Shown here: positions 24,433 through 37,887 of the stretch, in pieces
Position numbering within the stretch: the stretch's first letter is position 1
How the letters are laid out: the number at the start of each line of letters is the position of its first letter
From: Octopus vulgaris
Lineage: Eukaryota
DNA: 64,000 nucleotides
Assembly (NCBI GenBank): GCA_951406725.2
Contig: OX597839.1
Coordinates: 35,092,001 to 35,156,000 of the forward strand
Direction of reading: 5' to 3'
Notes under the pieces: generated by a model
Databases searched by the model: none
Told to the model about the DNA's origin: nothing
Seen by the model: only the letters and a program-made list of their open reading frames with translations
Program-made: the position numbers and the translations under genes

Positions 24433-25279
24433 GCCAAGTGCTTAACTATCCTTATGAAGAAAGTACGATGGAGTCGTGGTTTGCTGAACAATCTTCGTGA
24501 TAAATATTATAGCAGGCATGGTTTGTGCAGAGCCAGTCCCACACTCTTGGCCTTCAAACGGAATATCCAAACCATTCCGTGAAGGGATGCCTCAAATTAT
24601 GGCCATAAACCAATATCATTCTTCTTTTAAAGAAAAAACAAAAAAAAAATAAAATAAAGAGTATATCTGTACTGCAATTCTTTGAATCTTCACCACAATT
24701 CTTTATAATTTTAACCATTAAATGCCACGAAATGGTAACAATATTCCGACAGAACATTCCATTAAGGAATGCCTCAAGATGTTTCTCTTCTAAAGAACAA
24801 ATGTAAAATGATGAATATATATACACTACGATTATTTCAATCTTCACCAAAATTCTTTATAATTTCAATCTTCACCAAAATTCTTTATAATTTCAATTAA
24901 AACTATATCTAATTAACACCAAAGTGTTTTTGCTTTGGAGTTTGTTTTTTTTTTGTTTTTCAGTTCTTTTAAATTTGCAATATCAAATTCACATTTAATG
25001 TTTCAATGTTAAATTTGAGATTGATTCTCAGAATGGTTTCCTTTGCTTATAAATCAACCAAGAGGCAGTGGACTGGCAGAGTCAGTAGAGCATCAGACAG
25101 TAGGTTTTGTGATTGTTGTTTCAGCTCTTTACATTTTGAGTTCAAATCTTGCTGAGGTCAGCTTTGCCTTTTATCCGCTCTGGGTCAATAAAACAAGGCA
25201 TCACCGAAGTAGTGGAGTTGACATAATCAACTACTTCCCCCCCACTCAAGACGCCAGACCTTCTGTCTAAATTAGAAAC

Positions 25280-25345
<66 letters not shown>

Positions 25346-25350
25346 CATCA

Positions 25351-25384
<34 letters not shown>

Positions 25385-25386
25385 CA

Positions 25387-25426
<40 letters not shown>

Positions 25427-25565
25427 TATTATTATTAACTACATTTCAAGAGTTTTACAACTATTTTGATTCATTATTTAAAACATACTAAAATAGAAAA
25501 CTATTATTATTATTATTATCATCATCATCATCATCATTATTATTATTATTATTATTAATAATGAC

Positions 25566-25604
<39 letters not shown>

Positions 25605-25605
<1 letters not shown>

Positions 25606-26106
25606 GCTGCTGATCTTAACTGATTGGAAGTGTTATCATGTACATTGTTTTGTCTTGGTATAAAAGATGGCCTACAGCAAATATTCTGCTCAATACTACA
25701 GATTTGCTTGTCAGTTGTTTGACCGTAACCAGTTGACCATGTCCCTTAGTGGCTGACGATATGTGCATCTCTGATCAGGAGCAGAAGTAGTGGGGGAGCA
25801 TCACAGCCATGTGTTGAGAGGGATTCTTTGGGGTTTGAATAATTCTCCTCTGGAAACATGGGTGGTTCATTCAACATCCTTAAACAATCCTTATTCAGGG
25901 ACCTTTTGAGCAAGATGGGCTACTCGACCAGAAGAAAATTCTAACTGGGCTGTTTATCTTGATATAAGATCACCATGTCCTGCACATATGGTTTTGATGC
26001 ATGTGCCTGGTGTACCCTTATTAGACGGGTAATCATGATGGGTATACTTGGCTTCGTATATTTTACCCCAGTGTCACTTTGATGGCATGCGCTGCTCTTT
26101 CACTCA
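25605..26106 (-). mobile_element. Copy of the (TAA)n-embedded ~540-bp element
   Basis: Reverse complement of most of 2188-2722. Confidence 0.8.
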
Positions 26107-26779
26107 ATAATAATAATAATGATAATAATGGTTTCAAATTTTGCCACAAGGGCAGCTGTTTTGTGGGAGGGGATGAGTCAATTACATTGACCCCAGTGTC
26201 TAACTGGTACTTAATTTATCGACCCGTAAAGGATGAAAGGCAAAGTTCACCTTGGCAGGATTTAACCACAGAGTATAAAGAGCCTGAAGAAATTCCACTA
26301 ACGAGTTTGTCCGACATGCTAACGGTTCTGCTAGTTTGCTACCTGTAAATTATATTACAATCAATTAATTAAATTTTTTAAAAAATCTAAAATTACTCAA
26401 AAAATACATTTCTTTGAAATATTGAATGGAAATGGAGAGACTGGTCGATGGAAGATTCCAGAAGTTTAAAATAAGCTCTGAAGAAGTGATAGGAATGTTA
26501 TCTCTTAAATGTCTCTATTAACATTAATACAGCAGGTCGTCTCTTTCGGGAGATTTTTGGATTGATACCCTTTTTTTTTCTTTTTTTTTTAAGTATTTAA
26601 TTCTCACAAAATCCTATTTCTTTAAAAAAAATAAAAATAAAAAATTTTAAAAATCTATATAAAATTTATACTCTTTTTTATTCCATTTCTTTTATTCTTG
26701 ATCTGTGTGTGTGTGTGTGTGTGTGTGTGTGATTGTATGTGTGTGTGTGTGTGTGTGATTGTATGTGTGTGTGTGTGAT

Positions 26780-26820
<41 letters not shown>

Positions 26821-26945
26821 TTGTATGTGTGTGTGATTGTATGTGTGTGTGTGATTGTATGTGTGTGTGTGTGTGTGATTGTATGTGTGTGTGTGTGTGT
26901 GTGATTGTATGTGTGTGTGTGTGTGTGTGATGTGTGTGTGTGTGT

Positions 26946-26979
<34 letters not shown>

Positions 26980-26997
26980 TTGTGTGTGTGTGTGTGT

Positions 26998-27370
26998 ATT
27001 CTTTTACTTGTTGCAGTCATGTGACTGTGGCCATTGCTGGAGCACTGCCTTTAGTCGAGCAGATCGACCCCAGGACTTATTCTTTGTAAGCCTAGTACTT
27101 ATTCCATCAGTCTCTTTTTGCGGAACCGCTAAGTGATGGGCATGTAAACACACCAACATCGGTTGTCAAGTGATGGTGGGGGGGTGACAAACACAGACAC
27201 AAATAACAAATACATATATACGACGGGCTTCTTTCAGTTTCCGTATAACAAATCCACTCACAAGGCTTTGGTCAGCCCGAGGCTACAGCAGAAGACATTG
27301 ACCCAAGGTGCCACGCAGTGGGACTGAACCCGGAACCATGTGGTTGGTAAGCAAACTTCTTACAACTAAG
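26998..27370 (-). mobile_element. SINE family A
   Basis: Colinear with the other copies; preceded by a (TG)n tract at 26704-26997. Confidence 0.8.
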
Positions 27371-27446
27371 CCGATCCATTCCCCGATCGCTTGCATCCTT
27401 ATAACGGAGAAGTTCAGCCGACAGCCTGACAGATTAAACACCAGGC

Positions 27447-28075
27447 TTAACCCTTTAGCAATTAAACCAGCCATATTCGGCCAAAAGTATTCTGCCTATT
27501 TTATGCTCAAACTGGCCAGATCTGGTCTCTCATACCAGCCCTACAATTGGTTGGCATCCTTTTTGTCTCGGGAGACAATGGAGTTGCGCATAAAGTAGTC
27601 TAGTCCGGCTTTTACATTTCATGTCCTGATACATTTCCTGCTGTGGCTGTGTAGTCCTATCCTGGACAAACACTCCCTCTGGCAGGTACCGCAAATGTAG
27701 CGAAGACTGTTCCTGGCTGGTTGTAGTGCCATAGTTTCTTGTTGACGTCTCTTCTTGTCTTTCCATTTCTCCTCTCTCTCTCTGTCACTCCTTTGTATTC
27801 CCTCTCTTATGGTACGTCGCCAGTCTCCACGGTTGCCGGCAACTGCCTCCCAACCGCTAATACTGATGTTGCAGGCCTTCATGTCCCTTTTGCAAACATC
27901 CTTGTAACGTAAGAGCGGTCTACCCACAGACCTAGTACCCCTACAATATCGTTTTAAAAATTAACAGCTACCTCATCAAAATCTCATAGCACCAAGATAA
28001 TGCCTGATTAGTTCAAGGAAATATGGATAAAAAAGGATTAATTTAGGCAGAATAATGTGAATACTAAAGGGTTAA
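27447..28075. mobile_element. piggyBac-type MITE interrupted by a LINE fragment
   Basis: TTAA|CCCTTTAG ... CTAAAGGG|TTAA. Confidence 0.7.
27548..27938 (-). mobile_element. RTE-BovB-type LINE, 5'-truncated
   Basis: GRPLLRYKDVCKRDMK...WE..A.NR..WR...YICGTCQRECLSRIGLHSHSRKC (C-terminal zinc finger). 9-bp TSD ccctacaat at 27539-27547 and 27939-27947. Confidence 0.85.
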
Positions 28076-28197
28076 AAGTAAGCTCTAGAGTCAATTTGTC
28101 TGACTAGACCCCACCGCCACCACCATCACCACTATCAAAGCAGTGCTCCAGCATGACCACAATCCAAAGACTGAAGCGAGCAAATGAAAATGGAATA

Positions 28198-28603
28198 GGC
28201 GCAGGAGTGGCTGTGTGGTAAGTAGCTTGTTTACTAATCACATGCTTCCGGGTTCAGCTCCACTGCGTGGCATCTTGGGCAAGTGTCTTCTACTATAGCC
28301 TCGGGCCCACCAAAGCCTTGTGAGTGGATTTGGTAGACGGAAACTAAAAGAAGCCTGTCGAATATATGTATATATATATGTGTGTGTGTATGTTTGTGTG
28401 TCTGTGTTTGTCCCCCTAGCATTGCTTGACAACCGATGCTGGTGTGTTTACGTCCCCGTCACTTAGTGGTTCGGCAAAAGACACCGATAGAATAAGTACT
28501 GGGCTTACAAAAGAATAAGTGCCGGGGTCGAGTTGCTCGATTAAAGGCGGTGCTCCAGCATGGCCGCAGTCAAATGACTGAAACAAGTAAAAGAGAAAAG
28601 AGA
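28198..28603 (+). mobile_element. SINE family A, full length
   Basis: Complete head to tail; aaatggaa is repeated on both flanks. Confidence 0.9.
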
Positions 28604-28905
28604 AATGGAACAGATCAGAATCACCATTGAAGACAGTGGATCAGTAGAATCGGTAAAGCGCCAGACATAAAACTTTACCATCTTTCGTTAACATCCCTTC
28701 AACGTTCCGCATTCGGCTCAAACCAATCACCGAGATCAAACTTTGCCTTTCATCCTTTTAGGGGTCGATAAAATAAAGTATGAACCAAATACAGGGATTG
28801 ATATTATCGACCTAATCCTTCCTCCCCCTCCCCTCTTCCCTCCCACCAGAAAGTGAGTGGCCTTATTCTGCCTGAGTTAGAAATCTATATTATCATTATT
28901 ATCTA

Positions 28906-28947
<42 letters not shown>

Positions 28948-29018
28948 TTTTATGATTATTACTATTATGATTATTATTATTATTATTATTATTATTACTT
29001 TTATTATTATTATTACTT

Positions 29019-29053
<35 letters not shown>

Positions 29054-29204
29054 GTTATTATTATTATTACTTTTATTATTACTATTATTATTATTATTAT
29101 TAGTGATGATGATGATGATGTATCTATATTATTATCTATGTTATTATTGTTATTGTCTTAAGGAGTGGCTTGGAGCGGCAGACTTGACTCACTCTGTGAC
29201 ACAC

Positions 29205-29251
<47 letters not shown>

Positions 29252-29410
29252 TGCACACACATACACGCATAAAAACACACACATATGCAAACATACATAT
29301 ATAAACACATACACACATATACACACACACACACATACATACATACATGCACACACGCATAAAAACACACACACATGCAAACATACATATATAAACACAT
29401 ACACATACAT

Positions 29411-29445
<35 letters not shown>

Positions 29446-29776
29446 AGATATACACACATACACATATACAAACACACATACACATATACAAACACACGCA
29501 CGCACACATACACAGTCACATACACACACACACATATACACACGTTATATATATATACCCATTCGATAAAAATAAACAGAAGTATATTTTGCCGGTCAAT
29601 ATATTAGTCATATACACAATTGATTAACTACGCCCCCACCTTCTTTCCTTCCTTACTCACTTCCCCCACCCCACCCTCGCTTACGCATTTCTGGAGTTGC
29701 ACCACTGTAAGAAATCGTCATCATCATCGTTGTCGTCATAGCTATTTTTTTCTTCCTTTTTTTTAAAGTGAATACG

Positions 29777-30610
29777 TAGGCACGGACATGGCTGTGTGCT
29801 AAGAAACTTGCTTTACCAACCGCGTGGATCCGGGTTTGGGCCCTAAGCCCCCCCACACACACACACCCACACACACACACACCCCTCACCGCATGGTACT
29901 GTGGGCAAGTGTCTTCTACTTCAGCCTCGGGCCGACCAAAACCCTTGTGAGCGGATTTGGCAAATGGAAACTGAAAGAAGCCCATCGCGTGTGTGTGTAC
30001 ATGTGAATACATATAAAATTAAATATATTCATATATAGGTACAGGAGTGGCTGTGTGGTAAGAAGCTTGCTTACCAACCACATGGTTCTGGGTTCAGTCC
30101 CACTGCATGGCACCTTCTGTCTTCCGCTTTAGCCTCGGACAGACCAAAAGCCTTGTGAGTGGATTTGGCAAATGGAAACTGAAAGAAGCCCATCGTGTGT
30201 GTGTGTACATGTGAATACATATAAAATTAAATATATTCATATATAGGTACAGGAGTGGCTGTGTGGTAAGAAGCTTGCTTACCAACCACATGGTTCTGGG
30301 TTCAGTCCCACTGCATGGCACCTTCTGTCTTCCGCTTTAGCCTCGGACAGACCAAAAGCCTTGTGAGTGGATTTGGCAAATGGAAACTGAGAAGCCCATC
30401 GTGTGTGTGTGTACATGTGAATACATATAAAATTAAATATATTCATATATAGGTACAGGAGTGGCTGTGTGGTAAGAAGCTTGCTTACCAACCACATGGT
30501 TCTGGGTTCAGTCCCACTGCATGGCACCTTCTGTCTTCTGCTATAGCCTCGGGCTAACCAAAGTCTTTTGAGTGGATTTGGTAGATGGAAACTGAAAGAA
30601 GCCCATCGTA
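29777..30610 (+). repeat. Tandem array of SINE family A 5' halves (~206-bp period)
   Basis: ataggtacaggagtggctgtgtggtaagaagc recurs at ~30035, 30243 and 30448, each time with the same linker. Confidence 0.85.
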
Positions 30611-30611
30611 T

Positions 30612-30642
<31 letters not shown>

Positions 30643-31016
30643 CTAGCAGTATCGCCCGGCGTTGCTCGGGTTTGTAAGGGAAATAACTATAAAGCATTTT
30701 TAGAGAGTTATAGCCAAAAAATAGCAAAAAAATGATGGTAAATTTTTTTTTTTTAGTTAAAAAAGGTGGAGTTGCGTCCCCTAGACAGTTTGCTGTTTGT
30801 GTTTCTGATTCTCGACCCCATGTCGAATTTATCGATTTTTTTCAGAACTGGGGAAACTTTTCAAAATTTTCGCTGCGTTAGTTTTGAATTATGACATTGG
30901 GCTATGTGTGTGTCAAGTTTCATCAGAATCGGTTGAACGCCGTGGTCAGGGTGAGGGTACAAGCAAACAGACACACAGAAAACGCACAGACAAACTGCCG
31001 TTTATATAGAGAGAGA
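30643..31016 (-). mobile_element. Non-autonomous Helitron inserted in the TA tract of a SINE
   Basis: Copy of 20285-20648; the SINE A 3' half resumes at ~31020. Confidence 0.8.
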
Positions 31017-31482
31017 TAATAAATGTATGTGTGTATCTGTGTTTGTCCCACACCATCACTTGACAACCAGTGTTGGCATGTTTACATCCCCCTAACTCAG
31101 TGGTTCAGCAAAAGAGATTGATAGAAAAAGTACCAGGCTTAGAAAGAAATAAGTCCTGGGGTTGATTTGTTCAACTAAGACCCTTGAAGGCAGTGCTCCA
31201 GCATGGCCACAGTCAAATGACTGAAACAACTAAAAAAAGACAAAACATAGGTGTGTACGTATGGCTGTGTGGTTAAGAAGCTTGCTTTGGTACCTTCTAG
31301 TTCCAGGGTTCCGTTCCAACCACACTACAACTGGGACAAATGTCCAAAGCAGAACAATCCCTTGTGAGTGAATTCAACTGACAGAAATTGTCCCCTTTAG
31401 TTTTATGGTTTGGCAAAAGAGGGCGATAAAATAAATAACAGTACTTGAAAAATAAGAACTGGGGCAATTTGTTTGACTAAAG

Positions 31483-32299
31483 CAGGGTCCTCATCCATTT
31501 TTTTATCTATGGACCCTTTTGATTACTATTTTATTCTGGTTGACCCCCATAGCCATTCGACATTTAAAAAACTAGTTTTATAGAAACTTCATTCAAAACC
31601 CCTATTTTGTTTTTCACACATTAACTTGCGTAGGGTGAATTATGTTAAAATGTTAGAGAAAGAAACCCAGCTGTTTCTTGCAGTACAGACCAATACATTC
31701 ATCTAAAACAGGGGTTCTCAACCATTTTTTATCTAAAGACCCCTCTTTTTTATTCTGGTGAATTCCATTGCCATCCAAATGCTTAAAAACTTGTTTTATA
31801 GAAACTTCATTCAAAACCCCTATTTTGCTCCCCACACATTTCCTTGTGCTGTTTGAATTATGTAAAATGTTAGAGAAAGAAACCCAGCTGTTTCTTGCAG
31901 TACAGACCAATACATACATCTAAAACAGTGGGTTCTCAACCATTTTTTACCTATGGACTCCTTTGATTATTATTTTCTGGGGTGACCCTCATTCGATGTT
32001 TAGAAAGTAGTTTTATAAAAACTTCTTTCAAAATTCCTTTCTTTTTCCCCCCCAACACATTGTGTAGGTTCAATTATGTAAAATGTTAGAGAAAGAAACC
32101 CAGCTGTTTCTTGCAGTACAGACCAACACATGCATCCAAATGCAAAATTATTTCACGGACTCTTAAAATATAATTGTGCATCCCTAGTTTACTATTTTGT
32201 TGTGTAGACCCCCAATATATGGACCCTCAGAAGCCAGATGGACTTTCAGGAGCTGTTTGGCTTCTCAGGAGCCAGATGGACCCTAGTTGAGAACCACTG
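31483..32299. mobile_element. hAT-type MITE with internal ~220-bp tandem repeats
   Basis: Termini CAGGG.../...GTTGAGAACCACTG with 8-bp TSD gactaaag/gactaaac. The left end is repeated at ~31709 and ~31926. Confidence 0.7.
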
Positions 32300-33000
32300 G
32301 ACTAAACCTGATGCCCCAGCTTGGGCATAGTCCAATGATTGAAACAAATAACAGATAGAAAATTAAAAAAATTTCAATCTTTATAATCTGCACAAGATTC
32401 CTGTGGTTGTGTGGTTAAGACGTTTACTTCCCAACCACGTGGTTCTGGGTTCAGTCCTACTGACTGGCACCTTGGGAAAATGTTTTCTGCAAAAGCTTCG
32501 GGACCAAGGAGCCAACCAATACCTTCTGAGAAGATTTTGTAGACGGGAACTGAAAGGAGTACGTGGATTTGGTAGATGGAAACTGAAAAAATCCCATCAT
32601 ATCATCATCACCATCATCATCGTTTAATGTCTGTTTTCCATGCTGGCATGGGTTGGACGGTTTGACTGAGGACTGGCAAGCCAAGAGGCTGCATCAGGCT
32701 CCAATCTGATCTGGCAAGGTTTCTACATCTAGTTGCCTTTCCCAACGCCAACAACACCAAGAGTGTAGTGGGTGCTTTTTACATGCCACTGGCATGGGAG
32801 CCAGTCAGGCGGCACTGGCACCGTTTGTCCCCCCTCCACCACTTGACAGCCGGTGCTGGTTTGTTTACGTCGCTTAAAAAGTAAGTCCTAGGGTTGATTT
32901 TTTTTCACTAAAATCCTTCAAGGTGGTGATCCAACATGGCTATAGTCAAATGTCTGAAACAAATAAAAAAAATATGTATACATACATTCACACACACATG

Positions 33001-33054
<54 letters not shown>

Positions 33055-33150
33055 CAGTACATATGTATATATATATATACATACATATATACATACATAC
33101 ATATATATATACATACATACGTATATATATATACATACATATATATATAC

Positions 33151-33183
<33 letters not shown>

Positions 33184-33269
33184 CATACATACATATATAT
33201 ACATACATACATATATATACATACATATACATACATATATATATATATGTATGTATAATGATATATGTA

Positions 33270-33760
33270 TATTTCAGGTGTGGAAGCAAAGCTTAGACTC
33301 AAAGGGCCTTAGAGTCAATGTAGCAAAGACCAAAGTTCTAGTAAGTTGGAAGGCGAACACATCACACACCTCTTCAGGTAAGTGGCCCTGCTCGATCTGT
33401 AGAAAATGTGTAGGTAGAAACTCCATAAGATGTACCCAGTGTAATCTATGAACACATAAGAGGTGCAGCAACATCAAAGGAAGATTAACCGGGAAGATAG
33501 CTTTCGTGTGTGGCAGATGCACAGGGGCAATAAACACCACAGATGCTTAGAACACTACCTAGGTGATCAAGTTAGTAGTTGGGGTGGATGCTCAGAGAGC
33601 ATAAGAATAGCACGACAGAGTGTAAGTGCTCTGAGAGGAATGTTGGACACAAGAAGCATCGGATGCAGCGTGCAGGAGAGGCGTTTGCGTTGGTATGGTC
33701 ATGTACTACAGCTGGATGAGGAGAGCTGTGTGAAGAAGTGCCACTCCCAAACAGTTGAAG
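33270..33760 (+). mobile_element. Internally deleted RTE LINE ORF2 with PHD-like finger
   Basis: [18 protein letters not shown] (RT), then [28 protein letters not shown]...FVCGRC (C4HC3-like), YLGDQVSS and RRLRWYGHV, compressed into ~500 bp. Confidence 0.8.
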
Positions 33761-34257
33761 TAACTGGTACTTATTTAATTGACCCTGAAAGGATGAAAGG
33801 CAAAGTTGACCTCGGCGGAATTTGAACTCAGAATGTAGCGGCAGATGAAATACTTATTTCTTTACTACCCACAAGGGGTTAAACACAGAGGGGACAAACA
33901 AGGACAGACAAACGGATTAAGTCGATTATGTCGACCCCAGTGCGTAACTGGTACTTATTTAATTGACCCCGAAAGGATGAAAGGCAAAGTTGACCTCGGC
34001 GGAATTTGAACTCAGAACGTAGCGGCAGACGAAATACCTATTTCTTTACTACCCACAAGGGGTTAAACACAGAGGGGACAAACAAGGACAGACAAACGGA
34101 TTATGTCGACCTCAGTGCGTAACTGGTACTTATTTAATCGACCCCGAAAGGATGAAAGGCAAAGTCGACCTCGGCGGAATTTGAACTCAGAACGTAGCGG
34201 CAGACGAAATACCGCTAACCATTTCGCCCGGCGTGCAAACGTTTCTGCCAGTTCGCC
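33760..34257 (-). mobile_element. SINE family B tandem array
   Basis: Three body repeats with the head at ~34255. Confidence 0.85.
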
Positions 34258-34735
34258 TGCAAAATGAAATACCCTCAGAAGTTGTTTTATGAATTTAGTT
34301 ACGATTCTGTAGTGTTGTAGAATGAAAATGTTGCCGTCTTTTCTTAAAACTAGATCTGCACACCTTCATCAATATCTCTGAATGCAAAATGCAGCATGGC
34401 AGAGGCATAAACTGCAAAACTGAGAGGAGGAGGGGCGGCTATTTACACTAGCCCTGCTTTTGGCTCCATTCTTTGCAGGGGAATGTATCGGAAGCAGAAC
34501 CGAATTCCATCACACAGACACACACACACACGCCGATATATATCGACTTGGTCTTTCCACCAAACATCGTAAAACAAAATTTTTATTTGTTGTTGCTCCA
34601 AAGTTGCCATTGTTGCCGGCAGGGGGTGGGGAGGTGAGTGAGGGAATCCATTGCTGCTGCTGTTGTTGTTATTGCTGTTGTTGTTGATGTCAGAATATTT
34701 GTTTTTACCTCCACTCATTGTGTGGATAGTTGCCA

Positions 34736-34790
<55 letters not shown>

Positions 34791-35041
34791 TTGTGGGTGT
34801 GTGTACGCATGTAAAAATATGTATGTATATGTATGTGTGAGTCTATATAATATATACACGTTATTATAAACATATATATCATATCAATGTGTGTGTACAT
34901 ATATGTATAATATATATGTACATATATATATATAAGTGTGTACGTATGTATTGTATATATTTAAATAAACATAAATATATATATGTATACATTTGTATGT
35001 GTACTTATGTAGATATATATCTATGTTTGTGTGTATGTGAA

Positions 35042-35089
<48 letters not shown>

Positions 35090-35289
35090 TATTTGTAAGC
35101 ATACATATATATTAAAGTATATATATATATTTGATAATGATAGTTGTGTTGATGATGATGATGATGATAGTGCCAGATGATGTCAGTGGTGATGGCACTG
35201 GATGGGTATATTGTAATTAAAAACAACACAACTTATTAACAGCATAATTTTTTTCCACAGAAGAATTCCATCTCATTTTTGCCATTATT

Positions 35290-35324
<35 letters not shown>

Positions 35325-35362
35325 TAATAATAATAGGAAACATTGTCTCCATCTGGCTATAA

Positions 35363-35919
35363 ATGCCCTGATGCAGTACCAGGCAGTGGCTCTCATGGCT
35401 TCTGATCTTAACTGATTGGAAGTGTTATCGTGTACATTGTTTTGTCTTCGTATAAAAGATGGGCTACAGCAAATATTCTGCTCAATACCACAGATTTGCT
35501 TGTCAGTTGTTTGACCTTAACCAGTTGAGCATGTCCCTTAGTGGCTGACGATATGTGCATCTCTGATCACGAGCAGAAGTAGTGGGGGAGCATCATAGCC
35601 ATGTGTTGAGAGGGATTCTTTGGGGTTTGAATAATTCACCTCTGGAAACATGGGTGTTTCGTTCAACATCCTTAAACAACCCTTATTCAGGGACCTTTTG
35701 AGCGGGATGGGCTACTCAACATGAAGAAAATTCTAACTGGGCCCCACCTGCAAGGTCATGTGCTGTTTATCTTGATATGAGATTACCATGTCGCGCACAT
35801 ATGGTTGTGATGCATGTGCCTGGTGTACCCTTATCAGACGGGTAGTCATGATGGGTATATTGGGCTTCGTATATTTTACCCCAGTGTCACTTTGATGGCA
35901 TGAACTGCTCTCTCACTCA
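35363..35919 (-). mobile_element. Copy of the (TAA)n-embedded ~540-bp element
   Basis: Reverse complement of 2188-2722. Confidence 0.8.
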
Positions 35920-35984
35920 ATAATAATAATAACAATAATAATGATAATAATCATCGTCATCATCATTATTATTATTATTATTAT

Positions 35985-36703
35985 TTTAATGATAGCAAAA
36001 GGTACTGATTGGTACCTAGCTCAGATATCAGGAAACCCCAGAATGGCAGAAATTCAAAAGATAGTGCTTATGGGAACTTCCCATACCCTACGTAAAATAC
36101 TGACTATGTAATCTCAAATTTTAAAACAAACTCATAATTTCCTTATGTTTTTTTTCTTAAACATTCTCTAGACCAATACTGTGGAGGCGCAATGGCCCAG
36201 TGGTTAGGGCAGCGGACTCGCGGTCGTAGGATCGCGGTTTCGATTCCCAGACCGGGCATTGTGAGTGTTTATTGAGCGAAAACACCTAAAGCTTCACAAG
36301 GCTCCTGCAGGGGGTGGTGGTGAACCCTGCTGTACTCTTTCACCACAACTTTCTCTCACTCTTACTTCCTGTCTCTGTTGTACCTGTATTTCAAGGGGCC
36401 GGCTTTGTCACTCTCTGTGTCATGCTGAATATCACCGAGAACTACGTTGAGGGTACACGTGTCTGTGGAGTGCTCAGCCACTTGCACGTTAATTCCACGA
36501 GCAGGCTGTTCCGTTGATCGTATCAGCTGGGACCCTCGTCGTCGTAACCGACGGAGTGCTCCTATAGACCAATGCTATGTACAAAACCAAATATATGGCA
36601 CCCTAGGCATAACACCAACATGAACTTCCAGCTTCTTGTCTCTTGAGGTCTCTGGGTGAGACTTGGAGCCAACTTGTACAAATGCAAAGCAAAAGTCAAA
36701 CAT
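35985..36703 (+). mobile_element. R4/Dong-like non-LTR 3' end interrupted by a SINE
   Basis: GTDWYLAQISGNPRMAEIQKIVLMGTSHTLRKILTM* matches the QKxVLxGTxxILR C-terminus typical of R4/Dong. Preceded by (ATT)n. Confidence 0.7.
36181..36564 (+). mobile_element. SINE family C with Ceph-like 3' module
   Basis: tRNA-like head. 12-bp TSD tagaccaat(a/g)ct at 36169-36180 and 36565-36576. Confidence 0.85.
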
Positions 36704-36714
36704 ATTCGTTTCTT

Positions 36715-36913
36715 CGTTTTTTGTTTCAATCATTTGACTGTGGCCATGCTGGAGCACCGCCTTTAGTCAAGCAAATCGACCCCAGGACTTATTCTTTGCA
36801 AGCCTAGTACTTATTCTATTGGTCGCTTTTGCCGAACCGCTAAGTTACGGAACATGAACACACCAGTTGTCAAGCGATATTGGGGGGACAAACACAGACA
36901 CACAAACATATGC

Positions 36914-36946
<33 letters not shown>

Positions 36947-37854
36947 CATATATATATCAGAAGGGCTTGTTTCAGTTTTCCGTCTACCAAATCCACTAAC
37001 AAGGCTTTGGTCGGCCCGAGGCTACAGTAGAAGACACTTGCCCAAGGTGCCACGCAGTAGGACTGAACATAGAACCATGTGGTTGGTAAGCAATCTACTT
37101 ACCACACAGCCACTCCTGCGCCTATAATAATAATAATTATAATAATCCTTTCAACTAAAGGCACAAGGGCCTGGAATTTTGGGGGAGGGGGGGATAGGTG
37201 TTTACATCAATCCCAGTATTTAACTGGTACTTAATTTATCGACCCCGAAATGATAAAAGTCAAAGTCAACCTCAGTGGAATTTGAACTCAGAACACGAAG
37301 ACATGTGAAACACTGCTAAGCATTTCACCAGGTGTGCTAATGATTCTGCCTAATATAATAACCATGATAACAACAATAATAATAATAAAAATAATGATAA
37401 TAATAATAATAATAATCCTTGGCAGAATTTGAACTCAGAATGTAGCAACAGGTGAAATATTGCTAAGCATTTCGTCCAGCGTGCTAACGATTCTGCCAAC
37501 TCACCGCCTTAATGTTAACCACAATGATAATCCTTTCTACTATAGGCACAAGGCCTGAAATTTTGGGGGGTGGGGACAAGTCGATTACATCGACCCCAGT
37601 GTTCAACTAGTACTTAATTTATCGACCCCGAAAGGATGACAGGCAAAGTCGACCTCAATGGAATTTGAACTCAGAACATAGTGGCAGATGAAATACCTAT
37701 TTCTTTACTACCCACAAGGGGCTAAACACAGAGGTTCAGTCCCACTGCGTGGCACCTTGGGTAAGTGTCTTCTGCTATAGCCTCGGGCCGACCAAAGCCT
37801 TGTGAGTGGATTTGGTAGACGGAAACTGAAAGAAGCCCGTCGTATATATGTATG

Positions 37855-37887
<33 letters not shown>

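Noticed and set aside
24460-24610. Possible coding exon in unique sequence (also 26420-26560 and 45600-45790)
   Set aside because: Short frames with no recognisable motif or consistent splice-site pair.
36181-36255. tRNA gene
   Set aside because: A/B boxes are present but continue into a SINE body with TSDs; many diverged copies, and no convincing cloverleaf or terminator.
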